The notes beneath the pieces were generated by a model that saw nothing but the letters and a program-made list of their open reading frames with translations, was not told the DNA's origin and searched no databases. The position numbers and the translations under genes are program-made. From Anaerolineae bacterium (GTDB taxonomy: Bacteria > Chloroflexota > Anaerolineae > B4-G1 > SLSP01), in assembly GCA_016931185.1 (NCBI GenBank), contig JAFGFI010000028.1:32987-96986 (forward strand): DNA of 64,000 bases. The letters are read 5' to 3'. Positions 28,591 to 38,410 of this stretch are shown in pieces (position 1 is the first letter of the stretch; each line of letters opens with the position of its first letter).

Positions 28591-29771
28591 TAGACTGCCA
28601 TCAAATACGATGCCCATTGCTCAATCCCTTCTTCCAATGAATTACAATGCCCGTCTTGTTTATAAACGCGCACAACTTGCGGCAATAATCCGGTGGTGAT
28701 CTCGTAGTTGATTGTGTCGGCCCACTCGGCGACTTCTTCGGGCGAGATCACTGCACCGTCCTGTTCGCCGATAGCGACGACTTCGTCACCTACCCGCACG
28801 CCGGGAATGTCGCTCACGTCCACGACGAATTGATCCATACAGATGCGTCCTCGGATAGGCGCGCGCTGCCCTCGGATGAGAACTTCGCCCCGATTGGAGA
28901 TGAGACGTGGATACCCATCTCCATAGCCGAGGGAGACCAGGGCTGCTTGCATTGGGACACGTGTGGTATACGTGCGCCCATAGCTGATGGTACTGCCCGA
29001 GGGCAGGGTGCGGGTGTGGATGACGGTGCTTTTTAGCGTCAGCGCGGGGCGCAGTGGAAATGGCGGCTGGCTGTAAAGAGAGGGCGCCATCCCATAGATG
29101 AGAATACCTGGGCGCACGGCAGCCAGATACGCCTCCGGCAAAGTAACTACTCCCGCGCTATTGCAGATATGGGGCACAGAAATGGGATAACCGGCATTTT
29201 CAATTTCCGCGAGGATCGCCAGGAAGCGTTTCAATTGTCGCCGGGCCGGGCCGAGGTTTTCTTCGTCGGCAGTGGCAAAGTGAGAGAAAAGTCCTTCGAC
29301 AACGAGATGGGGAAGTTTGGAGATGTAGCGTACCAAACTCAGAGCTTTCTCCGGTTCTAATCCAAAACGACTCATCCCGGTATCCACTTTGACGTGAACG
29401 TAAACCGGTTCATCGGCGTAGGCGGAGAGCATCGCGGCCGTCTCCCAATCCACCACCGTGGGTGTGATATTATAGTCAAGAACCGTTGGTACCCCTAAAG
29501 GGGGGGTGTGTCCAAGCAAAAGGATGGGAGCCTGGATGCCGGCCTCGCGGAGTGCAACTCCTGCTTGGATGCGGTGAACGGCTAAACGAGATGCACCGGC
29601 TTCCAGGGCAATCCGGGCGATGGGTAATAGCCCGTGGCCATAGGCATTGGCTTTAACAGAGGCGATAATTTCGGTATCTGGCCCTACAAAGGCTTTGATA
29701 GCTTCAACGTTTTGGGCAATGGCATCTAAGTCAATTTCTGCCCAGGTCACAACCCCATTAGGTATCATCAT
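28590..29771 (-). CDS. alr: Alanine racemase
   Basis: VKANAYGHG (PLP lysine), HVKVDTGMSRFG, SHFATAD, GYGDGYPR, GRICMDQ, TINYE. Confidence 0.96.
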   Translation of the reverse strand: MMIPNGVVTWAEIDLDAIAQNVEAIKAFVGPDTEIIASVKANAYGHGLLPIARIALEAGASRLAVHRIQAGVALREAGIQAPILLLGHTPPLGVPTVLDYNITPTVVDWETAAMLSAYADEPVYVHVKVDTGMSRFGLEPEKALSLVRYISKLPHLVVEGLFSHFATADEENLGPARRQLKRFLAILAEIENAGYPISVPHICNSAGVVTLPEAYLAAVRPGILIYGMAPSLYSQPPFPLRPALTLKSTVIHTRTLPSGSTISYGRTYTTRVPMQAALVSLGYGDGYPRLISNRGEVLIRGQRAPIRGRICMDQFVVDVSDIPGVRVGDEVVAIGEQDGAVISPEEVAEWADTINYEITTGLLPQVVRVYKQDGHCNSLEEGIEQWASYLMAV

Positions 29772-29835
29772 AGAGATTGGTCACCTCGACTGGATGAAAT
29801 TTGCATCTTCCCATCATAACCGATTTTTGAAGAGA

Positions 29836-29910
29836 AGCGAGAGAACAAATCAGCGAGAAAGCAATGTATTGATTCGCTCTCTCGCTGATCGCTAATTCTC
29901 GACTCTCTAT
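29836..29910. repeat. Low-complexity inverted repeat (AGCGAGA.. / ..TCTCGCT) between purA and alr
   Basis: Purine-rich short repeats followed by their complements; probable hairpin. Confidence 0.5.
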
Positions 29911-29913
29911 TCT

Positions 29914-31197
29914 TTACGGCAATATCATCGCCTCACGTTCTGGTCCAACCCCAATGAAGGTGATGGGAACACCCACAATAGCTTCGATGCGGGCAATGTA
30001 AGTCTGTACCTTGGCGGGTAGATCGGCGCGGGTACGCGCGCCCGTAATATCTTCCTCCCAACCTGGCAATTCCTCATAGATGGGTATACTGCGTGTCAGG
30101 GCTTCTGCTCCCCACTCGGCGGGAAAGTGTTCGACGCGCTCTCCATCTAGTTCATAAGCGACGGCGATTTTTAGTGTAGACTGCCCGCTGAGAACGTCCA
30201 CTTTGGTCAGCGCGATCTCGGTAAGGCCGTTGACCTGGGCCGCGTAGCGCAGGATAACGGCATCAAGCCAGCCACAACGGCGCGGTCGCCCGGTAGTAAC
30301 CCCGAATTCGCCGCCGACCTGGCGGATGCGTTCACCAATTTCATTATTCAATTCGGTAGGGAAGGGGCCTGCACCAACGCGCGTTGTGTAGGCTTTCGCC
30401 ACACCGACCACACGGGTTACGTCTTTAGGACCAAAGCCTAATCCCACCAACGCGCCGCCCGCGATGGGGGAAGAACTGGTAACATAAGGATATGTGCCAA
30501 AATTAAGATCAAGTAAGGTTCCTTGTGCGCCCTCGCAGAGAATGGGATGTCCTGCCCGCAATGTTTCGCCCAGTAGTGTGGTTCCGTCCACCAGGTGTGG
30601 GCGTAGTTGTTGTGCGGCATTGTGCAACTGCTCCACAATAGGAGTGACGGGTACAGGGTCCAGCCCATAAAGCTGGGTCAGACGCGCATTGTGCGCCTCT
30701 ACCATCTCTCCTACGGCCTCAGCGAAAACATTGAGATCGCGCATTGTCCCGGCGCGCAGGCCGGCACGACGCGCTTTGTCGGCGTAGGTGGGGCCGATAC
30801 CACGTTTAGTAGTGCCAATGGCTTGTTGTCCCCGGCTTTTCTCGGAAGCACCGTCAAGTTCACGGTGAGTTGGGAGAATCAAGTGCGCGCCTGCCGCGAG
30901 TTTGAGATGGCGCGGAGAGACATCAACGCCCAATTCGCGCAAAGTTTGCATTTCACTCAATAAGACCAGGGGATTTACCACTGTACCTGCACCGATAAGA
31001 CAAGTGTTTTCTGGATAGAGAATGCCAGAGGGTACCAGGTGCAAGGCCAGTTTACGCCCTTCGGCCACTACCGTGTGTCCGGCATTATCACCGCCATTGT
31101 AACGAGCAACTAGGGTAGCTTTGGCTGCAAAGTAATCAACGACCCGTCCTTTTCCTTCATCACCCCATTGAGTACCAATAATAATTGTAACTGACAT
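29914..31197 (-). CDS. purA: Adenylosuccinate synthetase
   Basis: GTQWGDEGKG, NAGHT, GIGPTYADK, EGAQG, TTGRPRRCGWLD. Confidence 0.98.
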   Translation of the reverse strand: MSVTIIIGTQWGDEGKGRVVDYFAAKATLVARYNGGDNAGHTVVAEGRKLALHLVPSGILYPENTCLIGAGTVVNPLVLLSEMQTLRELGVDVSPRHLKLAAGAHLILPTHRELDGASEKSRGQQAIGTTKRGIGPTYADKARRAGLRAGTMRDLNVFAEAVGEMVEAHNARLTQLYGLDPVPVTPIVEQLHNAAQQLRPHLVDGTTLLGETLRAGHPILCEGAQGTLLDLNFGTYPYVTSSSPIAGGALVGLGFGPKDVTRVVGVAKAYTTRVGAGPFPTELNNEIGERIRQVGGEFGVTTGRPRRCGWLDAVILRYAAQVNGLTEIALTKVDVLSGQSTLKIAVAYELDGERVEHFPAEWGAEALTRSIPIYEELPGWEEDITGARTRADLPAKVQTYIARIEAIVGVPITFIGVGPEREAMILP

Positions 31198-31240
31198 CGT
31201 AAGCTCCTTTCTTCGGTAAGTTGCGAGGAAATAGCAAATT

Positions 31241-31305
31241 AAATTAGGGATTAGAGATTAAAGATTAGAAAACGCCAAGCGCTTTAATCTCTAATTTTTA
31301 ATTTT
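31241..31305. repeat. Heptamer-like repeats (ATTAGAG) with inverted copies
   Basis: AATTAGGGATTAGAGATTAAAGATTAGA ... TTTAATCTCTAATTTTTAATT. Confidence 0.55.
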
Positions 31306-33149
31306 TAACCTTCATTTAAATCTTTGGCCGTAAAGCTATCGGGGAGCAGGTAGGCCAATGTGTATTCACGATAAGTTCCGTCCGTTTTGGCGATAAAAAT
31401 GGGGATGTCGGGTGCGGCAAATTCACGGATAACCTGGCGGCAGGCGCCACAGGGCGTGCCTCCATTTTCTGTGGCAACGGCAACCGCGCGTATGACGTGC
31501 ATGGTTTGGGTGTCACTGGTTATCCCAGAAATGGCGGCCATTTCCGAGATGGCGGCCATTTCAGAAATGGCTTTGGTAATGGCAACACGCTCGGCACAGA
31601 TGGTTAGGGGATAGACAGCGTTTTCCACATTACAACCGGTGTAAATTTGCCCATCCTGTGTTAGAACTGCTGCCCCTACTTTATAATGCGAGTAAGGAAC
31701 GTACGCATGTTCGCGAGCACGGAGAGCGTATGTGATTAGCTGTTGGGGGTCAAGGCATATCTGCTTGGATTCTGTTTCATTGGAAGATTTTTTTATTCTT
31801 GCCGGTACACCATAAGCGACACTGTGCGCGGGAATATCATGGGTGACAACTGCGCCCGCGCCGGTCTTGGCCCCTGTGCCAATATGCCGGGGCGCGATCA
31901 ACAACGTGTCAGAACCGATAAAGACATCATCCTCAATTGTGGTGTGATATTTGTGTTGCCCGTCATAGTTGCACGTAATTGTGCCGGCGCCAATGTTGGT
32001 ATTGCTGCCTACTTCGGTATCGCCTAAATAGCTAAAATGGCCCATCTTGGAGCCGGGACCTAGTGAACTGTTCTTCATCTCGCCGAAATTGCCCATGTGC
32101 GCTCCCTCGCACAATCGCGCCCCCTTGCGCAAGTGCCCGAATGGGCCAATGTCACTGTCATCTTCCATGATCGCGTGTTCTAAGACCGAGGCGAATACTT
32201 TACAGCGGTTGCCAATAGCACAAGAATCAATGATAGTATTAGGACCAATATTACAATTTTCTCCGATAGTGGTAGTTCCGCGTAGATGGGTATTGGGGTG
32301 AAGGGTTGTGTCTGGTCCGATCACTACGTCCGGGCCGATAGTCGTAGTGGCCGGATCAATGAGGGTAACCCCCTCTAACATCCAGTGTTCGTTGATGCGG
32401 CGCCGCAAGGCGGCGGTAGCAATGCTCATATCCAGACGAGTATTGATGCCGAGACCCTCCTCAGGATCCTCTACTGCAATGGCATCTACGGTCAAGTCGT
32501 GTTTGACGGCTATATCGACCATATCGGTTAGGTAATATTCTCCCTTTTTGGGACTAGGACGAAGGTGAGAGAGGTAGGCCCAAAGGAAAGCGGCCTTGAA
32601 GAGCAGTATGCCGGTATTGAGTTCATGGATAGCGGCAATTTCGGGAGTAGTTTCGGCGTCTTCCACAATAGCTATCACGGATCCCCCGCTGTCGCGCACG
32701 ATGCGCCCAAAACCACGTGGATTGTCCCGTTTAACGGTTAGAATAGTAACGGCGGCGTTCGTTCGTTGGTGATGTTCGATCATACGGTGTAGAGAGGTTT
32801 TGCGCAGAAGAGGCATATCCCCACAGAGTACAAGCACCAGATCGGAACTTCCGGCCGGGCCGATCTCTAAAAGCGACCGGGTTTGCATCACAGCGTGTCC
32901 CGTCCCCAGGCGTTGTTGTTGTAAAACATAGCGGACGCGGTCGCCTCCCCAGGCGCGGATGTCTTGTTCTGTCTCAGGGCCAACGACCAGCACCGGAGGG
33001 CCTGGACTAAGTTGTAGTGTGAGATCGAGCGTGTATTGGATCATAGGACGCTCCAGTAATGGGTGTAAGATTTTGGGCGTTTTAGATTTAAAGCGTGTAC
33101 TTTTACCGGCAGCCAGGATGATAGTTGTTACTGCAACCGAATTTTCCAT
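31305..33149 (-). CDS. glmU: Bifunctional GlmU fused in frame to a C-terminal cytidine deaminase domain
   Basis: ILAAGKSTRFKS, LGTGHAV, GEYYLTD, hexapeptide beta-helix, HFSYLGD, GTITCNYDG; then AYVPYSHYKVGAA, GCNVENA, CAERVA, PCGACRQ. Confidence 0.93.
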   Translation of the reverse strand: MENSVAVTTIILAAGKSTRFKSKTPKILHPLLERPMIQYTLDLTLQLSPGPPVLVVGPETEQDIRAWGGDRVRYVLQQQRLGTGHAVMQTRSLLEIGPAGSSDLVLVLCGDMPLLRKTSLHRMIEHHQRTNAAVTILTVKRDNPRGFGRIVRDSGGSVIAIVEDAETTPEIAAIHELNTGILLFKAAFLWAYLSHLRPSPKKGEYYLTDMVDIAVKHDLTVDAIAVEDPEEGLGINTRLDMSIATAALRRRINEHWMLEGVTLIDPATTTIGPDVVIGPDTTLHPNTHLRGTTTIGENCNIGPNTIIDSCAIGNRCKVFASVLEHAIMEDDSDIGPFGHLRKGARLCEGAHMGNFGEMKNSSLGPGSKMGHFSYLGDTEVGSNTNIGAGTITCNYDGQHKYHTTIEDDVFIGSDTLLIAPRHIGTGAKTGAGAVVTHDIPAHSVAYGVPARIKKSSNETESKQICLDPQQLITYALRAREHAYVPYSHYKVGAAVLTQDGQIYTGCNVENAVYPLTICAERVAITKAISEMAAISEMAAISGITSDTQTMHVIRAVAVATENGGTPCGACRQVIREFAAPDIPIFIAKTDGTYREYTLAYLLPDSFTAKDLNEG

Positions 33150-33282
33150 GGGTTAACCTCTCGATCAAGAAATAAAAAGGCCCAATACAACGCTGATCTG
33201 CATCGTGCTAGGCCCCCTTACTTGATATTTTCCTGAAAGCTAAATCTTGTAGTTTCCAGGAAATTTCTTTCTACATTTGAAA

Positions 33283-33310
33283 ATTATAACACAGGGAAGA
33301 GTGATAGCAA
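33283..33310 (-). promoter_or_regulatory. Probable promoter of glmU-cdd/purA/alr
   Basis: TTGCTA-16 nt-TATAAT with a TGn extension. Confidence 0.55.
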
Positions 33311-33315
33311 GGAAT

Positions 33316-33455
33316 AGGGCTATCGCATTTGGATCTTCCAGGAAGCTGTGAGTCCCTTACACAGGCTAAATACGTGGGATGGACGCCGGTTTGCCGCATG
33401 CTCAAGCCATTCTAAGCTTCCTGGAAGGTTAAAGCAGCCCAAATGCGATAGCCCT
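33316..33455. mobile_element. 140-bp MITE with 17-bp TIRs and a 12-bp target-site duplication
   Basis: AGGGCTATCGCATTTGG / CCAAATGCGATAGCCCT; ATAGCAAGGAAT at 33304-33315 and 33456-33467; inner 13-bp inverted repeat at 33335-33347 / 33415-33427. Confidence 0.9.
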
Positions 33456-33502
33456 ATAGCAAGGAATAGTAGCAGACCTTTGCCTTTTGTTCTTTAGAGT
33501 GC

Positions 33503-33531
33503 TTGACAAACATGGTTAGGGGTGTTATAAT
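33503..33531 (+). promoter_or_regulatory. Consensus sigma70 promoter for the ABC importer operon
   Basis: TTGACA-17 nt-TATAAT with a TG extension. Confidence 0.8.
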
Positions 33532-33599
33532 ATTTGGCATTATAAAATACCAAATTCTAACAAAATGAAGCGTTTCCTAGTTGATACATCGTGTGCATG

Positions 33600-33627
33600 T
33601 ATCAATTCGAAACGTTTGTAATTGATA
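33600..33627. promoter_or_regulatory. LacI-family-like operator palindrome
   Basis: TATCAATT-CG-AAACGTTT-GT-AATTGATA; weaker site TGAAGCGTTTCC near 33566. Confidence 0.55.
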
Positions 33628-33981
33628 TCCCATTCTTTGACATAGCGCTTGGCCGCGAATTGTCGAATTGCACATTTAAAATCCCAATATATCAATTAAC
33701 TACTCAAAAAGCTATGCCTGCGCAGCTGAACATGTTGTATTGCAAGCTTTTGTTTATCTGTATTGTTCCTGGGCCATGCATTTGTAGACAGATAGCAATA
33801 GATGAATAGGCGATTTGCCATCCTTGAATGTGCTATTTGGATGATAAGGTACAAATCTTTTGCCCGCGGGACTAGCTTGGAAGGAGGTGCCTAAGCAAAC
33901 ATTGTCCTGGAATACTCGATGAACGTAGGTGTAGAAAATTAAATTAGATAGGATACTTTACTCAATCAAGGAGGAAATCTA

Positions 33982-35952
33982 ATGAGCAAGCGTTATTTGT
34001 GTTTTTGGATTGTAGTTACGATTCTGACCCTTGTTGTGACTTCATGCGGCGGCGGTGCAACCCCCGCGCCGGCCACTTCGGAGCCTGAATCCCAGGCGAC
34101 CACCGAACCGGAAGCACCGGCGGCAAGCCAGTACAAGGAAGCCCCGATACTGGCGGAAATGGTTAAGGCAGGCACGCTGCCGCCTGTTGAAGAACGATTG
34201 CCCGGAGTCCCATTTGTAGTGGAAAAGGGTGTATTGATCAGCGAGACGGATCTGCCCGATTGGACCCCTGGGCAATACGGCGGTACACTGCGCGTAGGTC
34301 ATAGCGTGGCTAACTGGAACCCGGATATCTTCGTCATGATGGACGAGGCACTGTTGCAGGGTCAGGGGATTGGGATGGATGGCATTCAGGGCAATGTCGT
34401 TGAGAGTTTCGAGGTCGAGAACGATAACAAGGACTTCACCTTTAAGATCCGCAAGGGATTGCGGTGGTCCGACGGTGAGCCGGTCACCACCGAGGATGTC
34501 CGCTTTACCTTTGAGGACATGTACGCGAATGAGAAACTCTATCCGTCCGGTATCCCGAACGAGTTCCGTGTTGGTTTCTCGGTGAAGGGCGCGAAGGGGA
34601 CGCTACAGATTATTGACGACTATACCTTCAAAATTAGTTTCCCCGAAGCGTATGGTGGGTTCGTCCGCAATATGTGGATTGAGGGTTGGAAGGGGTATAC
34701 TCTCGTGATCAATCCGGCGCATTATCTCAAACAATTCCACATCACCTATACTAAGCTCGAGGATATGCAGGAAGAGATGACTGCAATGAACCTGAGCGAC
34801 GAGTGGTGGCAGTATTTCGCCAACAAGCGCTGCCAGAACTGGGATATGAGTAATCCGCGTTGTGCGAATTTCCCCGGTCTCTATCCGTGGATTCTCAAGG
34901 ATTCTGGCGATCCCAGTTTGTTGATCTGGGAGCGCAACCCGTATTACTACAAAGTCGATAGCAATGGTCAGCAGCTTCCGTACATCGACAAGATTGTCTC
35001 GCAGCAGGTTGACAATGTTGAGATGTTGAACCTTAAAGCTCTCACAGGCGAAATTGACTTTATGCGCGAATCTACCGCCCTGGTGAAAGTCCCGCTCTAT
35101 ATGGAAAGCGCTGAGCAGGCTGGCTTCCGTGTTGTGTTGACCGATATGCATGTCGACTCTTCCGGCATTCGCCTCAACCAGACGTTCGATGACGCGGATT
35201 GGCAATCGGTGGTACAGGATGTTCGCTTCCGCCAGGCTGTCAGTATGGCGGTTAACCGCCAAGAGCTAATCGACACCGTTTACTATGGTCATGCATCATT
35301 CCCCCTGGAGTTAGTCGGTGAGGAGTACTCCCAGTTCGATGTGGATGCAGCCAATAGATTACTGGACGATATGGGCCTAACTGAGAAAAATGCAGATGGT
35401 ATCCGTCTCTACCCAAGCGGTGCGCCTATCAATATCCTGTTAGAACATGCTGCACATGCACCAGACCTTATCCCGGTTGCAGACCTGGTCGCCCAATATT
35501 TGAAGCCGATTGGCATTAACGTGACGGTCAAACAGATCGACTCAAGCCTGTTTAGCGAGAGATATAATGCGAATCAGATCCAGGCCAGTGTTCACTGGAG
35601 CCATGATCGTGGTTGGGACAACGACGCCGTGTCCGGCAGTGTGGCCCGCGCCGGCATATTGTGGAACCAGTGGGTGAGCACCGAAGGCAAAGAAGGTGTT
35701 GAGCCACCGGAGTGGATCATGAAGGCTTACGACATTGATTCTCGTCGCTGGCAGGTGATCTCCGGCTCCGAAGAGTACAAAAAGGTCGTTGCCGAGGGCA
35801 CCCAGTGGTGCCGCGACAACTTGCCGTACATTAACTTCGTCGAGAATGTGAAGTACCCGATGGTTGTCTCGGTTAAGTTGGGGAACATGCCGCAGTCCGG
35901 CTTTGCTATTGCTGCAAACTTCAGCGGTGAACAGTTATTCTTCAAAGAGTAA
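33982..35952 (+). CDS. ABC transporter substrate-binding lipoprotein (family 5, probably oligosaccharide-binding)
   Basis: Lipobox VTSC, EAPILAEMVKAGTLPPVEERLP, RKGLRWSDGEPVTTEDV, ERNPYYYKVD..QLPYID. Confidence 0.9.
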   Translation: MSKRYLCFWIVVTILTLVVTSCGGGATPAPATSEPESQATTEPEAPAASQYKEAPILAEMVKAGTLPPVEERLPGVPFVVEKGVLISETDLPDWTPGQYGGTLRVGHSVANWNPDIFVMMDEALLQGQGIGMDGIQGNVVESFEVENDNKDFTFKIRKGLRWSDGEPVTTEDVRFTFEDMYANEKLYPSGIPNEFRVGFSVKGAKGTLQIIDDYTFKISFPEAYGGFVRNMWIEGWKGYTLVINPAHYLKQFHITYTKLEDMQEEMTAMNLSDEWWQYFANKRCQNWDMSNPRCANFPGLYPWILKDSGDPSLLIWERNPYYYKVDSNGQQLPYIDKIVSQQVDNVEMLNLKALTGEIDFMRESTALVKVPLYMESAEQAGFRVVLTDMHVDSSGIRLNQTFDDADWQSVVQDVRFRQAVSMAVNRQELIDTVYYGHASFPLELVGEEYSQFDVDAANRLLDDMGLTEKNADGIRLYPSGAPINILLEHAAHAPDLIPVADLVAQYLKPIGINVTVKQIDSSLFSERYNANQIQASVHWSHDRGWDNDAVSGSVARAGILWNQWVSTEGKEGVEPPEWIMKAYDIDSRRWQVISGSEEYKKVVAEGTQWCRDNLPYINFVENVKYPMVVSVKLGNMPQSGFAIAANFSGEQLFFKE

Positions 35953-35962
35953 ACCAAGTTTG

Positions 35963-35995
35963 TTTAGGGAGTGCGTAAGTTGCGCACTCCCTAAA
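35963..35995 (+). terminator. Stem-loop after the substrate-binding gene
   Basis: TTTAGGGAGTGCG-TAAGTTG-CGCACTCCCTAAA. Confidence 0.75.
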
Positions 35996-36231
35996 TTGCA
36001 ATTAAATGGCGTTGTCTGATGAATATGACCGGGCAACTGATAAGACAAAGGATACTCGTGCCCCTGTGGTCCTCAAGCCAAGCAAATCCGGTTTGTGGTT
36101 TACTAACGCCCAATCTTCTTGTCTGAATTCAATGTGTTCCGGCCATAGGTTTGTGATCGCTTCTTTACCTGTATGTTCACCTGTTGCTTATTGTTCCAGG
36201 CAGTGCATACACAGAGGAGGAGAATAAACAC

Positions 36232-37230
36232 GTGTTATTATATTTAATCCGTCGCATTCTTATGTTAGTGCCGATTATGATACTGATGTCTATGGTGGCT
36301 TTTTTCCTCATTCAGTTGCCACCGGGTGACTTTGTCAGCTTCCGTATTGAGCAACTAAAGATGTCTGGGCTCGAGGTCTCCGAGAATGAGGCAGAGCGGC
36401 TCAAAGTGCAATTCGGTCTCGATAAACCCCCACTGGAGCGCTATGTGTGGTGGGTCTCTGGGATCGTCTTTCGGGGAAATTGGGGTTGGTCACTCCAGTG
36501 GAATAAGTCTGTCAACGAGATTCTCCAGGAACGTATTCCGATGACCATCACGATCTCACTTCTGGCGTTAATACTCTCATGGACCGTTGCAGTGCCGGTA
36601 GGTATCTATTCAGCGACCCACAAATATTCGTTCATGGACTATCTGGCTACTTTTCTTGGATTTATCGGCGTGGCAACACCCGGTTTCCTGTTAGCATTGA
36701 TCATGGCCTGGTTGCTTTTTACAAAATTGGACTTCTCGGTCTTAGGGCTTTTTTCCACGGAGTTCCTCGATGCCTCGTGGAGCTTCGCGAAGTTTGTGGA
36801 TTTACTTAAGCATATCTGGCTGCCCTTGATCCTTGTTGGGATGGGCAATACTGCATCAACTATCCGTGTGGTGCGGAATAACTTGCTTGATGAGCTGAAT
36901 AAGCAATATGTGATTACAGCGCGCGCTAAAGGGCTTTCTGAATGGAAGTTGATCTGGAAGTATCCTGTGCGCATGGCGATCAATCCTCTACTTAGCACGG
37001 TAAGCTGGGTGCTTCCGGGCCTGGTCTCTGGCACGATCCTGATTGATATAGTCCTCAGTCTCCAGACCGTGGGGCCGGTGTTGTTACGGGCAACCCTAGC
37101 TCAGGATATGTACCTGGCCGGCTCTATTGTGCTAATCCTCAGTGCTATGACCGTGGTCGGTGCATTGGTTGGCGATATCTTGCTTGTGCTGGTAGATCCT
37201 CGTATCCGTTTCGGGAGGTTAGCAAAGTGA
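36232..37230 (+). CDS. ABC permease (OppB/DppB-like)
   Basis: YLIRRIL, IQLPPGD, YVITARAKGL, VDPRIR. GTG start after GAGGAGG. Confidence 0.92.
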   Translation: MLLYLIRRILMLVPIMILMSMVAFFLIQLPPGDFVSFRIEQLKMSGLEVSENEAERLKVQFGLDKPPLERYVWWVSGIVFRGNWGWSLQWNKSVNEILQERIPMTITISLLALILSWTVAVPVGIYSATHKYSFMDYLATFLGFIGVATPGFLLALIMAWLLFTKLDFSVLGLFSTEFLDASWSFAKFVDLLKHIWLPLILVGMGNTASTIRVVRNNLLDELNKQYVITARAKGLSEWKLIWKYPVRMAINPLLSTVSWVLPGLVSGTILIDIVLSLQTVGPVLLRATLAQDMYLAGSIVLILSAMTVVGALVGDILLVLVDPRIRFGRLAK

Positions 37231-38399
37231 GCGACAATGACAACCCCAATATAACGGCCACCGACGTGAATGTCGCCCAGCAACTGCCTGATGTGGAACC
37301 GGACGAGATCGCGACTGTAGAAGAGCGCTACTACTATGCCAGCCAGTCGGAGTTGATCTGGTGGCGGTTTACCCGTCACAAGGCGGCTGTCGTTTCCGCT
37401 GTGTTGCTGATCTTGCTTTACTTTGGCGCGATCCTCGCGGATTTTATTTCGCCTTACACAAAGGATACACGCTTTGAAAATTTCCAGAATGCTCCCCCCA
37501 CGGCAATCCATTTTATTAAGCCGGACGGCGGCATTCAGCCCTATATCTTTGCTTTCCAGCGCGAGATGAACCCGGAAACATTCCGGTGGCTCTTTACGGA
37601 AGATACCAGCAAGATTTATCCGATCAAGTTCTTTATCAAGGGTGAAGAGTATAGGTTCTTTGGACTTTTCAAGACGAAAATACACTTGTTTGGCACCGAG
37701 GGAGCTCCGATCTTCCTTTTCGGCACCGACCGGCTGTCGCGCGATCTGTTCACCCGCACTTGGATGGGTGCCCGTATTTCACTTTCAATTGGACTTGTGG
37801 GTGTATTCCTCAGCTTTGTACTCGGCGTACTCTTAGGCGGCATTTCTGGTTATTTTGGCGGGTTGGCTGATGAAGCGATCCAACGTGTGATTGACTTCTT
37901 GTTAGCGATCCCTGGATTGCCTTTATGGATGACGCTCGCGGCAGCGTTGCCGCGCGACTGGCCGACTCTCAAGATGTATTTTGCTATTACCGTTATCCTC
38001 TCCGTGTTGGGGTGGTGTGGTCTTGCTCGTGTGGTGCGGGGTAAAATACTGCAATTGCGTGAAGAAGACTATACACTGGCAGCACAGGGAGCAGGTGCAA
38101 GTGACTGGCGTATTATCACACGCCACCTGCTACCCGGCTTTACGAGTCACTTGATCGTGTCCATTACCTTTTCTATCCCAGGCATGATTCTGAATGAGAC
38201 GGCGCTCAGCTTCATCGGCCTCGGCATGCAGCCGCCGGCTGTTAGCTGGGGGACATTGCTACAGGATGCGCAAAATCTCACTGCGGTGGCGCATCAATCC
38301 TGGCTACTGATTCCGGCGCTTTTTGTGATCGTGACCGTGATTCTTTTTAACTTTGTCGGCGACGGCTTGCGCGATGCCGCTGACCCGTATGAGAGATAG
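37227..38399 (+). CDS. ABC permease (OppC/DppC-like)
   Basis: FGTDRLSRD, ARVVRG, ETALSFIGLG, GDGLRDAADPY. Confidence 0.92.
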   Translation: MSDNDNPNITATDVNVAQQLPDVEPDEIATVEERYYYASQSELIWWRFTRHKAAVVSAVLLILLYFGAILADFISPYTKDTRFENFQNAPPTAIHFIKPDGGIQPYIFAFQREMNPETFRWLFTEDTSKIYPIKFFIKGEEYRFFGLFKTKIHLFGTEGAPIFLFGTDRLSRDLFTRTWMGARISLSIGLVGVFLSFVLGVLLGGISGYFGGLADEAIQRVIDFLLAIPGLPLWMTLAAALPRDWPTLKMYFAITVILSVLGWCGLARVVRGKILQLREEDYTLAAQGAGASDWRIITRHLLPGFTSHLIVSITFSIPGMILNETALSFIGLGMQPPAVSWGTLLQDAQNLTAVAHQSWLLIPALFVIVTVILFNFVGDGLRDAADPYER

Positions 38400-38410
38400 G
38401 GGGAGAGATA

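Noticed and set aside
34603-35262. 219-aa antisense ORF
   Set aside because: Codon-bias shadow of the substrate-binding protein gene.
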